Assembly (NCBI GenBank): GCA_002686955.1
Contig: NYZA01000120.1
Coordinates: 1,066 to 65,065, forward strand
Length of the DNA: 64,000 bases
Source of the DNA: Gemmatimonadota bacterium
Lineage (GTDB): Bacteria; GCA-2686955
Direction: 5' to 3'
Below, piece by piece: positions 1 through 8,772 of this stretch (its first letter is position 1; the number at the start of each line of letters is the position of its first letter). Position numbers and translations under genes: made by a program. The notes under the pieces are model-generated. The model was not told the DNA's origin. It did not search any database and was given only the letters and a program-made list of their open reading frames with translations.

Positions 1-794
1 TGCATCGAATCGAGTCCACCTTGGCCTTCCACCCAGCGGGCGACGAGTCCCACGATATAGATCGCCCAGCAGGCCGGAGTATTGTACAGGGAGCCCTTTT
101 CGGCATGGGTTCGATACCGGAGCATCGAGCCGATCGTCTTGGGGGCTCTGTCCTGCACGTCCTTCCTTATGACCACAAGCGATACTCCCGCCGGTCCCAA
201 GTTCTTCTGCGCACCAGCGTAGATCAGTCCGAATCTGGTCATGTCAATCGGCTTCGACATGATATCGGACGAGACATCGGCGACCAACGGAACAGAGCCG
301 GTCTCCGGAATGTAGTCCCATTCCGTTCCGTAAATAGTGTTGTTCGTGGTGATATGTATGTAGTCGGCTGAGGGATCGAGATCGAGCTCGTTCTGGCGAG
401 GAATTCGAGTATAGGATTCCTCTCGGGAGCTGCCCGCGATACGAACCTCCCCGACCTTACCGGCCTCCGCGATTGCCTTGGCCGACCAGGCGCCGGTGTC
501 GACATAGTCCGCCCGTCGAGCCTGGAACATCAGATTCATCGGCACCATCGAGAATTGTAGGCTCGCACCTCCTTGTAAGAAGAGAATGTCGTGCTCGTCC
601 TCTGCTTGGAGCAAGCGCCGAAGTGTCGCTACAGCTCCCAGGTGAATCTCGTCGTATGCTGGTGAGCGGTGGCTCATTTCCATGACACTCATTCCGGTGC
701 CCTGGTAGTCCACGAGATCTCGCCGGGCCTCCTCGAGAACAGATAGAGGCAGAATCGCGGGGCCGGCGCTGAAATTGATGGCGCGCTTTGTCAT
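1..794 (-). CDS. serC: Phosphoserine aminotransferase (partial, runs off left edge)
   Basis: Not in ORF track. Manual translation from ATG at 794: MTKRAINFSAGPAILP...SVMEMSHRS...FLQGGASLQF...YAGAQKNLGPAG...SLYNTP, all SerC signatures; directly downstream of serA. Confidence 0.95.
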   Translation of the reverse strand, partial: MTKRAINFSAGPAILPLSVLEEARRDLVDYQGTGMSVMEMSHRSPAYDEIHLGAVATLRRLLQAEDEHDILFLQGGASLQFSMVPMNLMFQARRADYVDTGAWSAKAIAEAGKVGEVRIAGSSREESYTRIPRQNELDLDPSADYIHITTNNTIYGTEWDYIPETGSVPLVADVSSDIMSKPIDMTRFGLIYAGAQKNLGPAGVSLVVIRKDVQDRAPKTIGSMLRYRTHAEKGSLYNTPACWAIYIVGLVARWVEGQGGLDSM

Positions 795-813
795 TGCTTG
801 TTTCTCCAGTCAC

Positions 814-2022
814 TCAGTTATCGAGTGCGTGCACTTCGACCGCGAGCACATGCTCACTCGCGCGGATCTCCTTCAAGGTTTCGGTCTCGGGATCGCGATC
901 GAGCTCGATGCGCGCTACCGCCGCCTCGCCGCCCAAGAAGACGACGTTTTCCATCTGCTGAACGTTGATCCGCGCGGCACGGAGCCGATCGAGCACATTT
1001 GCCAGAACACCGACTCGATCACGGTGACGAATCACGATCACATGTGAAGCCGCTGTTCGGCTGGCGAGATTCACGCAGTTGGGTACATCGCTCTCTTCGA
1101 TCATAGTCTTCACGATTCGCACCGTTTCGGCAGCGACGGCATCCTGGGCCTGGATGGTGGAGGCCCCAATGTGGTGACTCCCCTGCACGCCGGGAAGACG
1201 AAAGAGAGAGGAGTCGATTTCGCCGGTCTTGGCGGACGGCTCACCCGTGAAAACATCGAGCGCGGCCCGCAGGCGCCCAGATCGCAGATGGCGCTCCAGT
1301 GAGGGTTGATCCAGAAGCTCTGCACGTGCCGTGTTGATAACGAGGGCGCCGTGCGGGAGCGCGCCGAGAACCCTGTCGTCGATCAGGCCGCGCGTCTCAT
1401 CGTTCAATGCGAGATGGATGCTCATGATATCGCATTGTCCAGCAACCTCTTCGGGCGAGCTCGCTCTCATCACACCGCACCTCTCGGCCTCCTCCGACGT
1501 CAGGGACCGGCTCCATGCTACGACGTTCATTTCGAAAGCCTTGGCGCGGGGGATCATCTCGCTCCCGATATTGCCGAGCCCGACGAGACCCAAGGTTTTG
1601 CCTTTGATCCCCGCTGCCTTCGCGAACTCCTTCTTGTTCCAGCGCCCTTTGCGGAGCTCGAGCGCACCATCAACCAATCGTCGATCGGTCGACAACAGGT
1701 GGGCGAAGGCTAGCTCGGCGACCGCGACCGCATTCCTCCCCGGGCAGTTCGCCACATAGATTCCTCGGGCGGAGGCCGCCGAGACATCGATGTTGTTGAA
1801 GCCCGCACCGGCCCGGATGATCAGGCCAAGTTTCGGCGCGCAGTCCAAATGGGCTTCCTCCACGCGCGTGCTGCGCACGATGAGCACCTCGGGATTCTCG
1901 CCCGCCAGCGCTTCTTTGAGAGGTTCGCCGTTGAGCTCCGGATCACAGGTCAGGTCGCAGCCGAGCGCGCGCATTGCTTCGAGCCCGGTCTCGGGAAACT
2001 TGTCCGCCAAGAGGATTCTCAT
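814..2022 (-). CDS. serA: D-3-phosphoglycerate dehydrogenase with C-terminal ACT domain
   Basis: RAGAGFNNID, GLVGLGNIG Rossmann motif, NTAR, DVFTGEP, HIGAST; ACT-like tail (HRDRVGVLANV); next to serC. Confidence 0.9.
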   Translation of the reverse strand: MRILLADKFPETGLEAMRALGCDLTCDPELNGEPLKEALAGENPEVLIVRSTRVEEAHLDCAPKLGLIIRAGAGFNNIDVSAASARGIYVANCPGRNAVAVAELAFAHLLSTDRRLVDGALELRKGRWNKKEFAKAAGIKGKTLGLVGLGNIGSEMIPRAKAFEMNVVAWSRSLTSEEAERCGVMRASSPEEVAGQCDIMSIHLALNDETRGLIDDRVLGALPHGALVINTARAELLDQPSLERHLRSGRLRAALDVFTGEPSAKTGEIDSSLFRLPGVQGSHHIGASTIQAQDAVAAETVRIVKTMIEESDVPNCVNLASRTAASHVIVIRHRDRVGVLANVLDRLRAARINVQQMENVVFLGGEAAVARIELDRDPETETLKEIRASEHVLAVEVHALDN

Positions 2023-2066
2023 GCTCGTCCTTTCAGGCCGTCTCGGCCCGACTCATGTCTTTTCTT

Positions 2067-3296
2067 TCAAAACAGGTGGATGACCAATCCCGATCGGAGC
2101 TTGGGTTCGAACCACGTCGATTTCGGGGGAAGGACCCTGCCCGCGTCGGCGACCGCCATCAGTTGGTCGACGCTGAGTGGATGGAGCGAGAATGCAATCC
2201 CCGACCCACGGCGGTCCACCCTTCTCTGAAGCTCGGTCGTTCCCCGAATCCCTCCGACGAATTCGATCCGTTTCGATGTGCGAGGGTCGGAGATGCCCAG
2301 CAGAGGCCCCAGTACGGTGGATTGGAGGATCGCGGCATCGAGCGAGGCGACAGGGTCGGGGTCGGCCAATGCGGACCTTGGCGCGCGCAGACCGTACCAA
2401 CGGCCCCCCAAATAGGCGGAGAAGTGTCCGCGTCGGGGTGGGATCGACGCCGCGTCTTCGACGATCTCGAACACTGCGTCCAGATTCGAAAGCAGTTCGT
2501 CGGTGGTGTGCTCGGCCAGGTCGTGAACGATTCGATTGTAGGCCAGGATTCGCAGCTGATCCGCCGGGAAGAGAACGGCAAGAAAGCGATCGTACTCGCC
2601 GCCCTTTCCGCCGGCCTCCTGGACATCACGAAGCACAGCTCTCGCGCGGCTCGCCGAGGCCGCACGATGGTGGCCATCCGCCACGTACAGAGAGGGGACC
2701 AGCTCGAACGCCCGCTCGAATGGACTGGAGTCGACGACCCGCCAGACCGCATGGGCGATGCCGTCGGGGGCCATGAAATCGTAGACCGGCTCGGTGGACT
2801 CGATCACTTCTCTCACCATTCGGTCGACCGTGGGCTCACCGCGGTAGGTGAGGAATACCGGCCCCGCATGCGCGCGTAGCGAGAGTAGGTGCTTGGTGCG
2901 ATCGTTTTCTTTCTCGGGTCGCGTCGTCTCATGCTTCTTGATCGTATCGGCGTCGTACTCGTCCACCGAGCAGCAGCCGACCACACCGACCTGGGTGTGC
3001 GCGCCCATCTTCTGGCGATAGAGGTAGAGCGCCGGTTCATCGTCCTGGACGAGTACTCGCGAGGCGATCAATCGATCCAGGTTCGTGCGCCCTTGTTGGT
3101 AGACGGACTCGTCGTACGGATCGGTTCCTTCCTCGAGGTCTATTTCGGGGCGAACGACGCGGAGGAAGCTCCGATCGTTCCCCGCGGCCAGGGCGCGAGC
3201 CTCTTCTGTGTCAACGACATCGTAGGGAACGCTCGCCACGCTCGCCGCTTGCGCGGGATCGGGGCGGACGGCTGCGAAGGGGCGAAGGATGGCCAT
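2067..3296 (-). CDS. DUF1015 family protein
   Basis: Start refined to MAILRPF (AGGAG upstream); PYDVV, IKKHETT, YVADGHHR, PPKSTWFEPKLRSGL motifs; usual serA/serC neighbour. Confidence 0.88.
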   Translation of the reverse strand: MAILRPFAAVRPDPAQAASVASVPYDVVDTEEARALAAGNDRSFLRVVRPEIDLEEGTDPYDESVYQQGRTNLDRLIASRVLVQDDEPALYLYRQKMGAHTQVGVVGCCSVDEYDADTIKKHETTRPEKENDRTKHLLSLRAHAGPVFLTYRGEPTVDRMVREVIESTEPVYDFMAPDGIAHAVWRVVDSSPFERAFELVPSLYVADGHHRAASASRARAVLRDVQEAGGKGGEYDRFLAVLFPADQLRILAYNRIVHDLAEHTTDELLSNLDAVFEIVEDAASIPPRRGHFSAYLGGRWYGLRAPRSALADPDPVASLDAAILQSTVLGPLLGISDPRTSKRIEFVGGIRGTTELQRRVDRRGSGIAFSLHPLSVDQLMAVADAGRVLPPKSTWFEPKLRSGLVIHLF

Positions 3297-3382
3297 GGGC
3301 GAATACTCCTGTCGTCGCGACGATCTGGGTTGGAGGAGCCTTCTCGGGGATCGTATCCCCAGGGAACTCGAATCGACCGTAC

Positions 3383-3422
3383 ACAACAAAGAGCCCGCGA
3401 AGAAACAACTTCGCGGACCCTC
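3383..3422 (-). terminator. Probable intrinsic terminator of the lipoprotein gene
   Basis: Minus-strand stem GAGGGTCCGCGAAG / CTTCGCGGGCTCTT followed by a T-rich run, about 20 nt after the stop at 3445. Confidence 0.6.
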
Positions 3423-3444
3423 GGCTCGGTCTTCCTCGCGAGCT

Positions 3445-4254
3445 TTATGGCTCGACGTGGTACGGCATGCCCCATGCGGCAGCGGAGTACGGGGACGTTT
3501 CGTCCGTGATCGCTTCGTGGTCGAAGAGATCGACATAGGTGAAATAGCGCCCTGCTTCGTCGGGCGCGTTGTAGACGTTTCGGAGCTCGGTCGCATTGAC
3601 CGGATCGAGCAGTCTTTGCGAGAGCGGTGTCACATCTGCGGTGAGCTGGTGGATCACTCCGACTACGTCGGAATCGTTGGCCTCGACCGTGACCGTGATC
3701 TCCTCGCCGGGGGCGAAAGTAAGGACCCCGACATCATGGAGCGCATCCAGATCGTCGAAGACCACAGTGTGGTCGCCCCACATGACCGTCACCCGAACGA
3801 TCTCGGTCTCCCCATCTTCCGATCGCCCCTCGTAGATCGAAACTTGATCCAGGTTCCACTTGCCGCCGGCGTTTTCTCTGGCGACGACATTGCGCGACGC
3901 GACGTCGTTCGAAATCGATTTGTTGTAGGTCGATCCATCATCGAGGACGACCTCGAGCTCGCCCGAGGCGGTCCTGAGCACCTCGGCATCGGCGCGATCC
4001 CCCTCCCTTTGAATGGAATAGTCCGTATCGACATCATCGTAGTTTCGCCCGAAAGACGCGATGCCCTCGGTTGAAATTGCGAGGTCCGGGCTCTGCTCCG
4101 CGTCCCAGCTCAGCGCGACACCGGACCCACCGTCGTCGTTGATGCCGTTGCGAACCAGGTCGTCGATCGAATCGCCCAGCAGGCCCTCCCCGCAGCCCGC
4201 GAGAATCAGGCCCGCGGCCAAGGTTGTGCTCGTTGCTCCGGTAGCTCGTCTCAT
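3445..4254 (-). CDS. Hypothetical lipoprotein
   Basis: Acidic ORF with lipobox LILAG-C; GAGGAA RBS before ATG 4254 (alternative start 4275). Confidence 0.7.
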   Translation of the reverse strand: MRRATGATSTTLAAGLILAGCGEGLLGDSIDDLVRNGINDDGGSGVALSWDAEQSPDLAISTEGIASFGRNYDDVDTDYSIQREGDRADAEVLRTASGELEVVLDDGSTYNKSISNDVASRNVVARENAGGKWNLDQVSIYEGRSEDGETEIVRVTVMWGDHTVVFDDLDALHDVGVLTFAPGEEITVTVEANDSDVVGVIHQLTADVTPLSQRLLDPVNATELRNVYNAPDEAGRYFTYVDLFDHEAITDETSPYSAAAWGMPYHVEP

Positions 4255-4370
4255 GTTCTTCCTCGATTCAGTCATGCGTTTCGCGCCACCGTCGATCGCC
4301 GGCTGATGGGCGGTGGCGAGAACTGCGCGTTGATGTTAAGCCGACTTGGGCCGACCGAGGGTCCACCTTG

Positions 4371-4387
4371 TGCAGGGAATGTGCCAA
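4371..4387 (-). promoter_or_regulatory. Sigma54 (-24/-12) promoter of the lipoprotein gene
   Basis: Minus strand TTGGCACATTCCCTGCA has exact GG-N10-GC spacing; IHF-like TATCAACGAGTAG at 4392-4404 lies just upstream. Confidence 0.6.
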
Positions 4388-4515
4388 CATGCTACTCGTT
4401 GATAGACAACGGCTAAAGGTCTGCAACCCGGCGTGCCTGCCCTCTCTGAAGGACGCCGGTGCTCTGTTTTCGGTCGCTGTTTTCCGGATCAACCGGATGG
4501 CGATCAAGGAAAGGG

Positions 4516-4544
4516 TTGACTTGGGTAGAGGCCCTGCTTATGAT
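4516..4544 (+). promoter_or_regulatory. Sigma70 promoter of the cytochrome c oxidase operon
   Basis: TTGACT (4516-4521), 17-nt spacer, TATGAT (4539-4544). Confidence 0.7.
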
Positions 4545-4552
4545 GCTGGTCA

Positions 4553-4579
4553 TTGATTCGCATCATTGATCATCATCAA
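4553..4579. promoter_or_regulatory. Tandem FNR/Anr-type boxes
   Basis: TTGAT-TCGC-ATCAT (4553-4566, 1 mismatch) and perfect TTGAT-CATC-ATCAA (4566-4579), immediately downstream of the -10. Confidence 0.75.
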
Positions 4580-4636
4580 TCCTATCGGCTCGCCGGTGCT
4601 CACTGACGGCTCGTGACGAGCCTCCAGGAAGGTCAG

Positions 4637-5314
4637 ATGCTCGACTTCTTGCCTGAGAACATCTCCAGCTTTGGTGGAGAGATCGATGGAGTGATCACCT
4701 ACATCTGGCGGATCATCCTCGCCTGGCTCGTCGCCACCGAGGCGGTCTTGGTCTACCTGCTCGTCCGGTATCGTCGGCGAGAGGGGAGGCGCGCCGCATG
4801 GCTGCCGGCGACCACCTGGCGAGCCAAAGCATGGATATTGGTTCCCGCCGTGTTCGTGACGATCTGTGACATCGGGATCGAGGCGCGGAGTGCTCCAGTG
4901 TGGGATGAAGTGAAGCTGGAGCTGCCGGAACCAGATCTGCTCATTCGCGTCACTGGTCGCCAGTTCGTCTGGACCTTCACCTACGCCGGTCCTGATGGAG
5001 AGCTCGATACGGCCGACGACTTCGAAGCGATCACCGATCTCTATGTTCCGCGCGACCGAGTCGTTCGGTTTCAACTCGAGTCGGCCGATGTATTGCACTC
5101 CTTCTGGGTACCGGTCTTGCGTCTGAAGCAAGATGCAGTGCCGGGGCGCAGCATACCGGGCTGGTTCGAGGCGACCGCCGACGGTCGATACGAGATCGCT
5201 TGCGCCGAGCTTTGCGGAGCATCTCATACGGCGATGCGGGGACGACTCACGGTTCAACCGCCTGAAATCTTCGATGCATGGTCTTCGACGATGGCCGAGC
5301 AACAGTCCCTTTAG
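4637..5314 (+). CDS. coxB: Cytochrome c oxidase subunit II
   Basis: Two TM helices; CuA ligands DVLHSFW and CAELCGASHTAM; no fused cytochrome c. Start refined to MLDFLPE. Confidence 0.95.
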   Translation: MLDFLPENISSFGGEIDGVITYIWRIILAWLVATEAVLVYLLVRYRRREGRRAAWLPATTWRAKAWILVPAVFVTICDIGIEARSAPVWDEVKLELPEPDLLIRVTGRQFVWTFTYAGPDGELDTADDFEAITDLYVPRDRVVRFQLESADVLHSFWVPVLRLKQDAVPGRSIPGWFEATADGRYEIACAELCGASHTAMRGRLTVQPPEIFDAWSSTMAEQQSL

Positions 5315-5327
5315 GAGACGCGAGACG

Positions 5328-7034
5328 ATGAGCCACGGCGAACCCGAGAGCTTCGTTCGAAAATACATATTCAGCGTCGATCACAAGGTGATCGCAAAGC
5401 AGTATATGATCACGGGGCTGTTCATGGCACTGCTCGGCGGCTTTCTGGCATATGCGCTTCGAAGCCAGCTCGCCTGGCCGGGGGACTCGATCGTTGGGCT
5501 GGGAGTGATCGCCCCCCATGCGTACAATTCAGTAGTCACCTTGCACGGCACCATCATGGTCTTTTGGGTGGCGATGCCGATTCTTGTCGCCGGGTTCGGA
5601 AATCTCTTGGTGCCCTTGATGGTGGGTGCGGAAGATATGGCCTTCCCCCGCCTCAACATGCTCTCCTACTGGGTCTTTTTTCTCAGCACAATTGTAATCA
5701 TCGCGTCGTTCTTCGTGCCTGGGGGCGCCGCAGGCGGAGGTTGGACCGCCTATCCGCCTCTGAGCGGAACGGTACACGCATCAGGCGTCAACTGGGGCAT
5801 GAACCTGTGGATTCTCGCGGTCGCGCTCGAATTCGTCGCTTTTCTCATCGGCGGAATCAACATCATTACCACCGGGATCAACATGCGGGTGCCCGGCATG
5901 TCGATGTGGGACCTGCCGCTCTTTGTATGGGAAGAGCTCATAGCAAGCATCGTTTTTTTGCTGGCGGTGGGACCGTTGATCGCAGGTGCGGTTATGTTGT
6001 TGCTGGATCGATCCTTCGGCACAGGCTTCTACGCGCCCTCGGCAGGCGGAGATCCGCTGCTATTCCAGCACCTATTCTGGTTCTTTGGACATCCCGAAGT
6101 TTACGTACTGCTGCTTCCCGCGCTCGGCATAATGGGTGAGGTGCTGTGTGCATTCTCGCGAAAAACGATCTTCGGCTATCGCACGATCGTATGGTCGGTG
6201 ATCAGTGCGGGCCTGCTCAGCTTCGTCGTATGGGCGCATCACCAGTTCGTCAGCGGTCTCGATCCACGTCTAGCGTTCCCTTTCAGTGTGACGACGATTC
6301 TGATCTCTGTGCCCTTTGCTGTTCACCTCTTCGCTTTCATAGCAACACTGTACAAGGCATCCATCCGGTTTACCGTCGCGATGGCGTTCACGCTGGCGAT
6401 GATTGCACTGTTCATGATCGGCGGCGTGACCGGAGTCATCAATGGATCCGCCGCCGCGGATATCTTCATTCACGACACATATTTCGTCGTCGCTCATTTC
6501 CACTACACCCTGGTGCCGATCGTCTTTTTCGCGACCTTCTCCGGCATCTACTTCTGGTATCCGAAGCTCTTTGGGCGACTCATGAACGAGGGATTGGGCT
6601 GGGTCCATTTTGCCGGCACCTTCTTCTTTTTCAATTTGACCTTCATTCCGCAATTCGCGCTCGGCTTGATGGGGCATCACAGGAGGATCGCCAATCCACA
6701 GATCTTCGAGTTCCTGCGGGACGGGCAAGGGCTGCAAGTTCTCTCGACCATTGGAGTGATCGGCTTGCTGGCTGCACAGGTGCCCTTTGTCTACAATTTC
6801 TTCGCCAGCATGGTTCGGGGGAAACCGGCCGGCCGGAATCCCTGGGAGGCGACTACCCTGGAGTGGGCAACCGCGTCTCCGCCGCCGCATGGGAATTTTG
6901 ACGAGCCGCAAACCGCATACCGCGGGCCCTACGTCTACAGTCCGCCAGGCGAGGGGCCTGATTGGATTCCGCAATTCGAGCCACCGGCCGAAGCGCTCGA
7001 GCCCGACACCGCAATCTCCGAAACCGCGAGCTGA
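5328..7034 (+). CDS. coxA: Cytochrome c oxidase subunit I (type A1)
   Basis: DHKVI, HGTIM, WFFGHPEVY, VWAHH, HDTYFVVAHFHY; AGGAG RBS before MSHGEPES. Confidence 0.97.
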   Translation: MSHGEPESFVRKYIFSVDHKVIAKQYMITGLFMALLGGFLAYALRSQLAWPGDSIVGLGVIAPHAYNSVVTLHGTIMVFWVAMPILVAGFGNLLVPLMVGAEDMAFPRLNMLSYWVFFLSTIVIIASFFVPGGAAGGGWTAYPPLSGTVHASGVNWGMNLWILAVALEFVAFLIGGINIITTGINMRVPGMSMWDLPLFVWEELIASIVFLLAVGPLIAGAVMLLLDRSFGTGFYAPSAGGDPLLFQHLFWFFGHPEVYVLLLPALGIMGEVLCAFSRKTIFGYRTIVWSVISAGLLSFVVWAHHQFVSGLDPRLAFPFSVTTILISVPFAVHLFAFIATLYKASIRFTVAMAFTLAMIALFMIGGVTGVINGSAAADIFIHDTYFVVAHFHYTLVPIVFFATFSGIYFWYPKLFGRLMNEGLGWVHFAGTFFFFNLTFIPQFALGLMGHHRRIANPQIFEFLRDGQGLQVLSTIGVIGLLAAQVPFVYNFFASMVRGKPAGRNPWEATTLEWATASPPPHGNFDEPQTAYRGPYVYSPPGEGPDWIPQFEPPAEALEPDTAISETAS

Positions 7035-7037
7035 ACC

Positions 7038-7619
7038 GTGACCAATTCAGCGATCATCGAGCAGCCGATGGAAACCGCTACGGAATTGCCGAATTCGCGC
7101 ATGGCGATCTGGTGGTTTCTCGCCTCGGAAGTCGCCATCTTTGGTGGACTCATCGTGGCCTATGTTCTCGTGCGCTTGCACCACCCGGAGTGGGGGGAGT
7201 ACGCGTCGCACACGATCAACGCGGCGGGCGCGATCAATACGATGGTCTTGCTCACGAGCAGCCTGGCCGTCGTGCTCGCCCACCAAGCCGTGGAAGAGGG
7301 GAAATTGGAGAAGGCGTCGAAGCTGCTCCTGACAACCGTTGCTTTCGGTTTGGTGTTTCTGGCAATCAAGGCCTACGAGTACACCCACGAGCTTCATGCG
7401 GGCTTCACCCCGGTGACCAACCTCTTCTGGTCGTTCTACTACTTGATGACCGGATTGCACGGCTTGCATGTCGTCGGAGGGATGATTGCCATGATCGCCG
7501 TATCTCGGAGTGTGCGGCGAGGAGAGCATAGTGCGCGGGTCGAATGCGTCGGCATGTATTGGCATCTGGTCGACATCGTCTGGATCTTCCTCTTTCCACT
7601 CCTCTATCTGGCCTCGTGA
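7038..7619 (+). CDS. coxC: Cytochrome c oxidase subunit III
   Basis: WFLASEVAIF, NTMVLLTSS, TGLHGLHV, YWHLVDIVWIFLFPLLYL. Confidence 0.92.
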   Translation: MTNSAIIEQPMETATELPNSRMAIWWFLASEVAIFGGLIVAYVLVRLHHPEWGEYASHTINAAGAINTMVLLTSSLAVVLAHQAVEEGKLEKASKLLLTTVAFGLVFLAIKAYEYTHELHAGFTPVTNLFWSFYYLMTGLHGLHVVGGMIAMIAVSRSVRRGEHSARVECVGMYWHLVDIVWIFLFPLLYLAS

Positions 7620-7625
7620 GGACAC

Positions 7626-7922
7626 ATGAGTGAGACTACCGAACATCGCTCGAACTACTTCATGGTCTTTGGCATTCTGGTCGCTGCATTGGCGATCTCC
7701 TTGGCGCTGGCTGCAGTCTCGACTGGACCGATCGTGGTCGCGGCGATCTTCGCCATCGCTACAGTGAAAGCCTACTTGGTGCTCACTCACTTCATCCACC
7801 TCAATGTCGAACCCCGTTTCATCAAGGTGTTGGTCATTGGGCTTCTGGCTGTTCTCACGGTGCTCTACATTGGGCTCGTCCCTGACATAGTATGGGTCTT
7901 CGGGCGAATGGAAGGGGCGTGA
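7626..7922 (+). CDS. Cytochrome c oxidase subunit IV family protein
   Basis: Three TM segments, KAYLVLTHFIHL resembling the KAxLVxxxFMHL motif; operon position. Confidence 0.85.
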   Translation: MSETTEHRSNYFMVFGILVAALAISLALAAVSTGPIVVAAIFAIATVKAYLVLTHFIHLNVEPRFIKVLVIGLLAVLTVLYIGLVPDIVWVFGRMEGA

Positions 7923-8515
7923 TGTCCGCGATGGCTCAGGCAGAGATTTGCTCATCGAGCCGACGGATCGTTTCCAGCGCCGTGCTGGGCACCGTTGTCT
8001 TCTTGATATCCGAAGTGATGCTATTCTGCGCGTTGATCAGCGCCTATATCGTCCTCCGTGGGCAAAGCGGGATCTGGCCTCCGCTCGATCAGCCACGATT
8101 GCCGGCGGTAGCCACTGGGGCCAATACCTGTGTATTGATTGCGAGCGGCCTCTTCATGTGGAGGAGTCTTGCCGCAATCGAGAACGCGGACCGCATTCGC
8201 TTTCGTCGCGAACTCGTGACCGCGTTCGTGTTGGGCGCCCTCTTTCTGGTGGGGCAAGGAACCGAGTGGATCTTTCTCGTGCGCTACGGGCTCACAACCA
8301 CTTCTAGTGTATACGGCGCCTTGTTTTACACAATCGTCGGCTGCCACGGACTTCATGTCGCCGCTGCGCTGGCCGTACTGGGATTCGTTTTGATCAGGGC
8401 AGTCCAAGGGTACTATGAATATGGGCGCCGTGATGGATTGAGGGCCCTGCGACTCTATTGGACCTTTGTCGTCGGCATCTGGCCACCGCTCTATGGATTG
8501 GTGTACTTGTGGTGA
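7922..8515 (+). CDS. Second cytochrome c oxidase subunit III paralog
   Basis: FLISEVMLF, NTCVLIASG, GCHGLHV, YWTFVVGIW; TGATG coupling with subunit IV. Confidence 0.88.
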   Translation: MSAMAQAEICSSSRRIVSSAVLGTVVFLISEVMLFCALISAYIVLRGQSGIWPPLDQPRLPAVATGANTCVLIASGLFMWRSLAAIENADRIRFRRELVTAFVLGALFLVGQGTEWIFLVRYGLTTTSSVYGALFYTIVGCHGLHVAAALAVLGFVLIRAVQGYYEYGRRDGLRALRLYWTFVVGIWPPLYGLVYLW

Positions 8516-8772
8516 GATACGCATTCCTTTCGTTGATGCTGGCTCTAGTGACTTTTCCTGCGCGGGCTTGTCCGAGCTGCGCGGGAGCGAGCACCGACAA
8601 TGGTGCCGCCTATCTCATGGCGACCGGCCTGCTGCTCCTCATGCCGCCGGCGTTGATTGCGGGTCTGGCGGCGTGGTTGCTGCGGGCGGGGCGCAACTCC
8701 AAGAGAAGCACTGAACACTGCCTCACCGTGGTGTCGCTGATCGCCTTTTCGGGAGTTCACGGATGGATATGA
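8512..8772 (+). CDS. Small membrane protein with ACPSC motif
   Basis: GTGA overlap with upstream stop; signal-like N-terminus, ARACPSC, then a TM helix; fills the operon gap exactly. Confidence 0.6.
   Translation: MRYAFLSLMLALVTFPARACPSCAGASTDNGAAYLMATGLLLLMPPALIAGLAAWLLRAGRNSKRSTEHCLTVVSLIAFSGVHGWI

Noticed and set aside
7038-8515. Two subunit III paralogs as a novelty
   Set aside because: Split or duplicated subunit III is already known from many bacterial oxidase operons.
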